From Lingula anatina (lineage: Eukaryota > Animalia > Brachiopoda), in NCBI GenBank assembly GCA_051362555.1, contig CM120640.1:4464001-4528000 (forward strand): a stretch of 64,000 nucleotides of DNA, read 5' to 3'. Below the pieces are notes generated by a model. That model searched no databases. It saw nothing but the letters and a program-made list of their open reading frames with translations, and was not told the DNA's origin. The translations under genes and the position numbers were made by a program. This document shows positions 53,901 through 64,000 of the stretch, in pieces. Position 1 is the first letter of the stretch, and every line of letters starts with the position of its first letter.

Positions 53901-55674
53901 ACCAGATTATTTTTATAAGATTACGTAAATGTAAGTTCTGTTTTTTCTCTTCATTTCAATATATTTTTTGTTGAAATTTGCCTTGTGAGGCCTGAAAAAT
54001 TCAGATGTCTTTTTGATAAACATAGCACTATTTATTATGATTCATATGAAAATTAATTGAATTGTAATCTGAGCCCCATGCATGTCCTAAGTTGTAAGAG
54101 CAGTTTCAAAGGAACTGAGGATCTATTTGCATTACACAGATGAAGGGCCTTCAATTACCTGAGCAAATCTGAACTTGTGTATAATCAATAAAGAAGCTGA
54201 GAGAATGCTGCTATTGGATTTCCAACTCCAGCACAACCAGGTAATGCACAGTAGCCAGGTCTTTTTAGCTTCATTAATTATTCACTAGGAAACAGCCTCA
54301 CAGTATTGATGTTTCCACCTCTGGTATGTTCACAAACCTGGGCAGAGCTGACGTACACACAAGCACCCTAGTTCCCGTCCCCCCACCTTTGGCAGGTGGT
54401 TATTTGGCCAGACAGTTCATCAAGGTAAGACATGGGACTGTGATAACACTGAGTTCATCTGGTCTTCCTGTTCTATGTCATATGATATATGTTGTCAAGG
54501 GAGTACATGTACACAGGAGGCTGTTATGACGTCTCTTTTGAGGGGACAGGACAGTCACGGTAGTCATGGTAAATATAGGGGCCTGAGGCTGTATACAGCT
54601 TAAAAGAGGAATAAGAATTTGCTTAGCTGTGCTTGAACAAACTCTTAATATATTCAGAAAGTGATGAGAGGTTTTATATTTAGAAAATCTTCTATCATGG
54701 CTGTTGTACAGACAGATAAACTTTTTACATGGACTTGATGATTGACATTGATTTAAACGTACTGTGACTGGGATATTTATTTAAATGGAAATTGAACCGA
54801 TTAAAAACATTTTTTCAATAAACTTAGGTTTGTAAAATATAATGCACGCTTTGTTGCATTTATTTTCATTTGAATCAAAGCAAGTGCCTGTTTTATGTTC
54901 TCATAGAAAAATATTGTCCATGACTTTGGAAAGTCTGACTGTAAAGACATTTTAAAACTATAAAAACAGGTGCAATGATTATGTTTTGTATGTGGTTTTC
55001 TATTATTTTTTACTTTGAAAATAATTGTGTCATTGTAATTCATCTGAGACAAATGAGGCTTTTTCTACTGCATGATGTCATGTGAGACTGGAAAATGTGT
55101 GAGAAACCATGTGAGGTGGTGTTAACTTTTGAGCTGTAAGGGTGAAAATCATTATGCTGGAAATGTCGTCTTAGAAAGCAATACAAAAGTGACTTGCAAG
55201 ACAGGTTGAATTTGTACTGTTGTGTAAAAGACTGTAACATGACAGAAAACCAGAAAAACACCCACGGATAAGTTCTGTCAGCTTGTATTCATTGCCTCGC
55301 TGCACTCCATAGTCAGCCATTATTTCTGACGCCACTTTCCTCAAAGTCTTATGGAATGTTGCTTGATTTTATGCTGTGTTGCACAACTTTGGGCTATCTT
55401 AGCTAATTTTGAATAGTAATAGAGAAGAATGATAGGAGGAAGATGTTGATCCAATATACACTTTATGAATTTTATCTGAAATTTTTTTATTTATGAACAT
55501 GTCCTATATTTTGTTCTGCTATCTCAGTGCATTTCATTGTTTTTTCCACAAAATAGTATCTAACACAAATTGTCTCAAAGTAAATGCCTTGTACAATCTT
55601 CTTACAAAAGCATTGTGTGGATTTTTTTTTTAATTTTTTTTTTTTTTTACATTTTTGGCCCAAGGACAATCTTA

Positions 55675-55864
55675 GGCTCTATTCATAACCAAGTTGATCC
55701 AGAGACTAACTGAGCCACAGATCAAATATGATGTGTCCCACCTGAAAGCTTGCCAATGTAATTGCTCTGCCCCTGCAGGGACGTCCACGTGGGAGGCAGG
55801 AATCCATGAGAGAATTATGTGGCATTGACTTAGTCAGTGGATCAACTTGGTTGTGAACTGGGCC
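55675..55864. mobile_element. PIF/Harbinger-type palindromic MITE, family C
   Basis: TIRs GGCTCTATTCATAACCAAGTTGATCCA / TGGATCAACTTGGTTGTGAACTGGGCC, with TTA on both sides (55672-55674, 55865-55867). Confidence 0.8.
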
Positions 55865-56322
55865 TTAGTTTGGCAAATTGCTTGGTGATTTCGTTGGCTT
55901 TCCAGGTCATCTCCTCACATTTAGTTGCTGGATTTGATACAACGTAACTGTTGCAGTGAATCCTGGGATAGGCAAGCTGTCAGACCAGGATTTCTTCCTT
56001 TTTATGGCAAATATGTCGAAATATAGTTAATTATCTAGCTATTTAAAATCCCTTATGTCCTGGCAAATGTTTGATGCACAGCAAAGACCAGGTTAATCTC
56101 CTGTGGCTTTACAGTTGTTAAAATTGTTCCATTTCCTTTCCTGCAAACCTTGCCTCTTGAGCAAATAGAAATATTGAGTGGATTTTATTTCCAGCACTGG
56201 TGGTAATAAGTCTGCAGTTCAGTATATTGCTCCATTAGGAATTGTGTTGTGTGTTCCTATAAATTTCACTCCATCCAGGTATGACCAAGATGAGTTCAAT
56301 GATAAATGTGTGAAATGATTAA

Positions 56323-56535
56323 GACCCATTCCCACAGATTTTAGATCGATCTATCCCTGTGGGGAGTCTCACTAGATTACTGTCAGCTAAGCCTGCTTAA
56401 ATGTTTGTCCCGCCTACTAAAAGCTGAAGGGGGTAATTAACTACCGTGCATGCTCGGCTGACAGCAATTTAGCATGAACCCCCAGGGAGTTAGGTTGATC
56501 TAGATGAATCGATCTAAATCTATGGGAATGCACTC
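56323..56535 (-). mobile_element. PIF/Harbinger-type MITE, family A copy 3 (reverse orientation)
   Basis: Reverse complement of 1465-1678 along its whole length, with a TAA TSD at 56320-56322 and 56536-56538. It has fewer CpGs than copies 1 and 2. Confidence 0.9.
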
Positions 56536-56789
56536 TAAGTCTCAGCCACTGAAGCAGCAGCTATTTCTCTTGGCAGTCTGAGGATCTACTTTAATTGCCA
56601 TCCACATGTAAACTCTTTACTTAAGATCGATCTGAAGGAGATCAACATCAACCTGTTTTGATGATATCAGTGATATGATAGAAAACATTAACGATAGATA
56701 TTTGCCCTACTTTGGCATTGCCAGTCAATACTAGAGTGTTTATCTTATTTCTTGCCTCAGAATACCTATTTATTAAAGTAAAACTTTTA

Positions 56790-56994
56790 GGGCACATTCA
56801 GATTCACATGTACTATAGTTGGGTTGTTTCAACTCTGCAGGAGATTCTCACCTAAGTGCAATCAATGGAATCAGCTTTATCTTGAGGAGGCATATTGTAC
56901 AATTAAGCTGATTCCACTGATTGTGCTTCAGCAAAAATCCCTCTCAAAGTTAGACCGACTCAGCTAGTACGATATTTGAAACTGAATGCAGTCC
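56790..56994. mobile_element. Old palindromic MITE (Harbinger-like)
   Basis: Ends GGGCACATTCAG / CTGAATGCAGTCC and inner arms GCAATCAATGGAATCAGCTT / AAGCTGATTCCACTGATTGT, with flanks TTA / CTA. Confidence 0.65.
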
Positions 56995-58669
56995 TAGTAT
57001 TTTTTATGTAAGTTGGCCAATATGTTTTAAAGTTAGTTTGATTAGCAGTGCTGTATTTATATTTAAAGGAGGCTTGTAAAATATCCCAACTCATCCACAG
57101 TATTTGTCACAGGGTATGAAGTACCTCCCTGTACTTAGCCAGTAATGTTACTCTTCTTCATCTGTTGTGGCAGTAGCTGCAGATGTTTTAATGTAGATAT
57201 TTTGTAAAATAATATTTCATAGATGATCATTTTTTGTTGATATTTCTGATGGAACTTGGGGTCATTATTGCACCCTTGATGATGATTATGTGCAGTGCCG
57301 TCTGCCTCTGACATTGTAATATCTGTCCCTAGACTGTAATAATGGCTGTAGATCTAAACAGGTGTGAATGCTCGGTTAATAACAGCAGGTAACTAATGCT
57401 TCATATTGAATCACAATATGATAACACAGCATAAGTTGCCACATTGTCTTTCATCAGGGTGAAAGTTGCCATTTTGCCTGTCCTTATGTATGGCCTATAG
57501 AACATGATGATGTCAGCACAGATGGTTTGAGGACATAGTTTTTGGGTACTTCTGTGCTAATTGTAGTGTCTCAGAAAATTGAGATTATGACACCTTAAAG
57601 AGTTTCGGATATCTATGTGACCTTTGGTTTTATGACGTTTCTGAAAGTACTATAGTGCTTTTATAGATAGGTCAGAGTTATACAGGGTAGCCGTTTTTTT
57701 CTTCTCCCCTTTTTTTTTTTTTTTTTTTTTTTTTGATGGTTCTTCACTAATGGCTTCAAGTTGAGCACATAGAATTTGGAAGTACAGAATTACACTTTCC
57801 AGTGCTCTTAAACTGTTAACAGGTACAAACAAGTATGGAGTGTTGACTTGGAGTAAATGTTTGATCATCTCCAATATTTGTTACGTGTTCATCTAAGCAG
57901 CACAAAATAATTATTCATACTGAATCGTATACCATCTTATCAATCAATGGGGGCCTTGTAAGTAGGTGGTCTCTTTATAAAAGAGTCCTTTAAACCTGTG
58001 TACTATGATCAGAATGAATTGGGCATTGATCTGATGAATATTGTTAACGTCGACATACAACGATATTGGCCACTTATAGTATATTAGAAAGTATTCTAAG
58101 CTTAGCTTTGGCATCTATTTCAGTTGTGGAGAAAAAATTGGAAAGGTAAGCTGAACTGTTCCAGTCTTCCTGGCAATTGCAGTGTGTGTCATTAATGTTC
58201 AAGAATCTCTTTTTTAAGCCACTAATTCACCAACATTTTATTCTGTGCTTTCTATCCTGCGGCAGTAATTGTGCTCACATGAGTGTCACTGGTAATCTTT
58301 GTTTTAGAGCTGATTCATTTCAGAATCATAATTTCAGTCTTGGCTGATTTAGTTGGAAATCATTGCATGTCATATTGTATGACTTCCCCAATAAGGAGTA
58401 ATGGCAGGTTGCTTAACTACAGAATTTGAAGAGATAATGGTCTATGTATAAAGAAATGTAACATCTGTCTGGATAACATACTTGTGATATGAAATGGTAG
58501 GTTTTTACTCATGGAAAGCATCTCTCTCTCTCTCTCTTCGGAGGACTCAAAATGCATAGATCTATAGAGGTCTAACATCGTATTATTAAGGATAAAAGAA
58601 TAATACTTTTAATAATTGGAATAAAACATAGAACACATATAAGCGTAGAGTTGGCAACTCTGTTCTCCA

Positions 58670-58676
<7 letters not shown>

Positions 58677-58719
<43 letters not shown>
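58677..58719. repeat. (CT)n microsatellite
   Basis: Seen directly. Confidence 0.95.
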
Positions 58720-58725
<6 letters not shown>

Positions 58726-59422
58726 TTGCTAGTGCACATAAGTACAATTTGTGTTGTGGTAATATGGGTCATGCAGTCCCATGTGAATGGGGTACGTGTC
58801 AACACTGAAATGCTCATCTGTCATATATTAATGGGTGTACGTGTAATATGGGAAGATTGGCAATATTGTTTATTACAAGTGTAACGGAAATTAAAATATA
58901 TTAAAACACATGTACAGACCAAATAAACGAAGTATCTAACTTAATTAATTCCCTATATTAGTGCACACACATTTGAAAAACCTTGTACATTGTAAGATAA
59001 TGTTGTTTTTACATTACACATTATGCAAACATATGATCTTACCATATAACTAAGGCCACTATCAAGTGGAAGCAATTATTTCTTATCTAAAACTCATGTC
59101 CTTATATTGGATGAAACCACAGGTAATTCCATATGAGTGAGCTGTATGTGTATTCTCTAGAACTGTGGGGAATGTGTTGTGGTTTGTTGTGGTTTGGACA
59201 AGGGAGAAGGATTCTAATCAGTATATTCTAGGTCCATGCTGACTTATAGCAAAGCAAGAGGTATGTAGAAAATAGAAAATGGCATGACACAATTGGATTA
59301 AGCAGTTGTGAATCTTGCTATCAATCACCACTGTTTCAATGTTGATTGTGTTCATTTATTGTGTAGAGAAGTCATGCAATCACTTGAAAATTTTAAAAAT
59401 CTATCGCTGGACTTTGCATTAA

Positions 59423-59673
59423 GACTGGGTTCCCATGCCTAGATTGTTCTAACAGGCTCGATCCATCTCCAAGGGGTTTCTCGCTAAGTTGCTTTCAGCT
59501 TAAGCGGCTTAGATGTCTGGCACACCTACTGAAGTTGCTAAACAATAACTAATTATCCCTTAGCAGTAGGCGTGGCAAACAACTAGGCCACTTAAGATGA
59601 TAGCAATTTAGCAAGAATCCCAGTTGAGATAGATCGACCCAAAGTTAGTATGATTGGGGCTGGAAATGGGCCC
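59423..59673 (+). mobile_element. PIF/Harbinger-type MITE, family B copy 2
   Basis: Runs GACTGGGTTCCCATGCCTAGA...TGGAAATGGGCCC and is flanked by TAA on both sides. It is homologous to 44889-45115. Confidence 0.8.
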
Positions 59674-62600
59674 TAAGTCTAGTTGACGGCTTTGTATCTT
59701 CCTCTCAGAGTCTTCAGCCAGTCTAGGGTCTTATAAACGAAATTGCCGAATTAATGACTTGAACAGCAATTAAATATACAAACTTTAAAATACTTATAAC
59801 AGGCGTCACAATGTACATGGCAGTCTGGTAGTCCACGTACCATGCTGCACATTCTGTATGTGCTCTAGAGATTAAAGAAATATGTAAGTTTTGATTAATT
59901 TTGAAACTTTTTCGTAATTTAAGTTAATTTGTTAATTTAATTATTACCTCCATCCTGATGGTCAGCTAGTGCAGTTCCTTATCTGTTCTGCCATATTGAA
60001 AATAGTTTGGGAATAACCTGTATCTTAACAATTAGAGATCTGGATAAAAGATGGCCAAATCTTAAGTGATACATATTGTTCATGTTCAGGAAAAGTATTT
60101 TTACACCATGAAATCGCGGTTCAAATCGCAATCGCTATCACCAACCTGTTGCTCAAGATCACAAACAGAAATTGTTTATGAAGCCTCAGTCCACTAAGAA
60201 TAAAGGTGGAACTTATAGATTTCAGAAACATATTTCAATCAAAATGTGTCTAGGGTCTGTATCTCTGCCTACTTTGCTATTTTGTGCAGAAGAGTATTCA
60301 AGCTAATAATGCTGTTTTCTATGCAGCGTGACATGGTAAATGTAGCATATGATTATAGATTGAGTCACAACATATACCTGCATCTCAATTTATCTCTGTC
60401 CAAGTCTCTGAGTATTAGGAGTAAATTTTCAAAAGATAGATAGGTCCACCATTTGTTTTGTTTTTAAGTTATAATTTCATAACTTCTGACATATTGTGGT
60501 GCCATATAAATCTTCACTGTTGATTTGTTTTAAAATATTTCAAAGATAAATAGACAATTAGCTGGGTTAAATCAGCTTCTAGGAAGCTATGTTAAGTATC
60601 AGGGTTATCATTGCCTAGCAGGCTTAAATAGGAGTCTCAGGGGGAAAGTCATTTAGCAATCATCTGCAATGGGGCAGATCTCATTAAATGCTTCTTAAGC
60701 TTCCTGCCAGGGTGGAACAAGGATTTTGACATATTTCTGACACTTGGAAGAGAAATCTGTAGCAGGTCCGGGAAATTTTGATTCTTTTGATTACCATACA
60801 TATAAACTATATGTAAAAGGTGAGAGTGGGAAGACGAATATTTGGTTTTGAATATTTTAAAACTTTGTAAATGACAGACATGAAAATTTAATTTAAAGAC
60901 ACACTGCACCTGCTGATGCACTCCCCCCCCCCCCGACACCCTTTACAGAAATAAGTAATATATCAGGCAAAGAATTTTTGATGAAATAAAAGTGAAATTA
61001 ATTAATTTTATATAAAATCTTGTCATTGCTACAGTCCAGAAGGGAAATAAAAGTCTAAAATTAGGGTTTAGTGTCCGTAATAAAAAAGAGATAACGAATG
61101 CTGAGAGCTGGCCAATGCTTTGCCATACCTGGGCATGCATATTTGCTATTATCTCAGAAGGATAAATGTGCTGAGGCCCCATCAGAGTCCCACAGGTGTG
61201 TTAACAGTTGGTGGAGGAGTATATTACTAGACAAACAAATCTGCTATTCAGGTGCCTGGAGTGAAACACAACCTGTAGGAACACCAAGGTGCTCTACTGT
61301 ATATAAGACACTATTAAATAAGTACAGATGTTCACAAATTATGTCCACAGCCGTATATTACTGTGGGCTTTCAATACCTGTCTGTATATTTGGCACACCA
61401 AGGTGAGACCTCATTACAGTATGTTTTCACATAGGCTGTATGTATTGCGCTGTACGTAGAACATTTTTGGATTCAGAGAGCGAGGGTGAGAGAATAACAT
61501 AATGTGTTTACTTTTGTTTGGTTGTATAGTATGAGCAGAACAATGCATGTCCTTGACTTGACATGGGACGACATGGTATAGCAGCAGGGGTCATTTGAAG
61601 AAGGCAGAGACAGAGCAGACTTAACCAGGAGGAACTCTTCTGGTTTATAACTCAAAGGTAGTGAAGGTATTTATTAGGATAGGTTTATAAAAATATTTAA
61701 TTGAGTAAATTAGCATTAACTTTGTATTAAATAGTGTCCTATTTGGATCTTAACATTGATCTGTTCAAAGCAATCTTAAATCACAATGATACACTGTACT
61801 GGTCTGTATTCTAAACTAATTGGCATCCACATCAAAGAAATATAGGGTTTACTAGGATGTAGTTGCTTGGGCATAAATATTTACATTTTCCAATAGTCAG
61901 TAGAGAGTTCAGTGCAGGTAGAATTAATTCAGATTCAGATTCATTCTCCTCTCAACCAGTTAAGGCTTATATGTATTGTGAAATTTTGCCCTATTGATCA
62001 AGGAAGGTTTCGTGCCATAACAACTGTATTCCCAAGGCCCTGCATTTGTTTGTTTCTGAGATATTGATAATGCTATCCTCCAGTTAGTACAGGACTGAGA
62101 CCAGTGGGATTTGACGTGTTCTTATCATCAACATTGCATGCGGTTTTATTCTGGGTATGTGACATTTTTGGCTGCTCAGCTTCAATTTGACAAATTGATT
62201 TCCTTAATTATTTATGGTGGATAGTCAGTTAATTGGCATTTCTGCTGTTAACTTGTGGCATAAGTTTGATTTTTCATCGAGCTAATAATATTTTGTTATC
62301 ACAGAGCATTTACATGGTATTTCCATTGCTGGGTCTTGCTTATGTGACATCTCTGTGAGAGAAGTTCTGGATGAAAGGTTTGGATGTGTGTGTTTGCTCT
62401 TCTATGTAATTGAGGAAGATAATCTAATGCATGCAATTCTTTTTGGAGAATCATCCCAACTTAGAGCATCAATCAGGAAAATTCTAGGCTGTCTGTGTAA
62501 TTGATGTGTGGTGTTTACAATTTCAACACTGTTTCTCATTGTGTAGTCAGATGAGACAAGCATGATTTTTTCTGTCTAAAATGTTTTATCATATGCAGGT

Positions 62601-64000
62601 ATTTTCTGATCATAAGATTTTTTCACTTAAATCATAAGATTTTTTCACTAAAACAAGCATAAAATCCTGATCTAACAAAACTTGAAATTTGAAATTACTC
62701 ATTTGAAAGAAGAAGGAGAAGATGATAAAACAGAAGGCTTAAATACCTGCTTTGCTTTCCCACAGGTAAAAAGATTCGAAAGAAAATTCAGGCTTTATGT
62801 AGTTTCTTTTGTTTATTCTTACCTAGATGAAATATGTATATACCTGTAGACACTTATCCAAGTTGACAGATAAATCCAAACAGATTTATACAAAAATGAC
62901 ATCAATGTTTCTCTCCTCAATTGAAAGCTCGCACACAAGGCAAGGATTAAGAATAGGGTATATTTCATATTTTATATGGGCTTAGTTCATCTAGGTGCAC
63001 ACTAATGATACATAAGTTTAAGACATGTCACTAACTGTGGTTTAAGAAAAAAATGTGTGCAATTAAGATTTTATTATTTTGATCAAATAATTTTTATATT
63101 TTATTGGACTTCAATTGACACTTTAAGATATTTGATGTATTGAATAAGAAAAAAAGGGGTTAAATCATATGTTTCTAAGCCAGCAGTTATTAGGATAGAT
63201 TTTTGCATGTGTGGTCAGATAAAGCTGATATTATTGCAAGGGAACAGATGATATCTCTTGCTCAGTCCTTTTAAATAAAATTAATCCAAAAATCTGTACA
63301 GCTCTCTACATCTGAGACAACACTTGAAAAGATACAAGGTAGGATGGCAGGTGCTATATGGGATGCATACCTGCTGGATTGCAATTAGCACAGTATTTGT
63401 TATTTTGAGACCAGTTCAGGTTTACTCTGTCTGAATCCTATGTGCATACAGTCTATGGCTTTGTTCACTGCAAGGCCAATATTTAGCTGTGGATTAGTTG
63501 GAAGGTGCATTTGCAGTCTGGATGGGATGACCTGACTTACTTTCTTTAATTAATGTGCATGCAGTCTTTGCTTAGGTTCAAAGTCAGACTGATCTGATTA
63601 TAATTTAGTCTAAAGACACACTTTCATTCCACTTGTGACAGCTTAACTTTTTTTTTTTACCTACTAATGAAATTTGTGCATTCTGGTTCTATATATAGAT
63701 TCCAGTATGATCTGATGACAAACCTTTGACTAGTTCCAGTCATGATTTGCCAGATTAATTGGAAATGCAGCCACTTTCTCCTTGTGTGAAACATAACGTA
63801 GTTCTACTGACAAAATGATAAATTTTTACCAAAAAAAAAAAAAAAAAATACAGTTGAGGTGATTGTACAGTGCACTTTTTTTAAAGTAACCATTGTCATG
63901 AGGGCATTTGTAAGCCAGCTCTTGCAAAGCACATTGAACTGTTTCACAGACAAGTAGTAAAGTGGGTCTGTACTAGGAAGAAAGGTATCAATGACTGATT

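Overview
AT-rich eukaryotic genomic DNA, most likely from an invertebrate animal (spliceosomal GT-AG introns, Tc1, Harbinger-type MITEs, a Helentron-type element). Only one intact protein-coding gene is well supported: a neuronal calcium sensor (NCS/neurocalcin/frequenin family, NCS-2-like). It is on the + strand with three coding exons (40772-40888, 44086-44358, 46573-46770) encoding 195 aa, with an N-myristoylation motif, an inactive EF1 and three canonical EF-hands. A CpG-rich promoter-like zone at about 2.8-4.4 kb has opposed splice donors and may be bidirectional. It is followed by about 60 kb of visibly CpG-poor sequence with several candidate upstream or alternative first exons. The rest is intronic or intergenic DNA carrying the 3' end of a dead Tc1 (DD34E) transposon, about 13 MITE-like elements and a young 1.9-kb Helentron-associated (HINE/DINE-like) element. 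That element carries a 146-bp tandem array with TGACCT direct repeats and sits inside a 44-bp minisatellite. There is also a 28-bp minisatellite and several microsatellites. Almost all other ORFs in the supplied track look like chance ORFs. I cannot demonstrate a new biological system here; the most interesting leads are listed as findings with tests.
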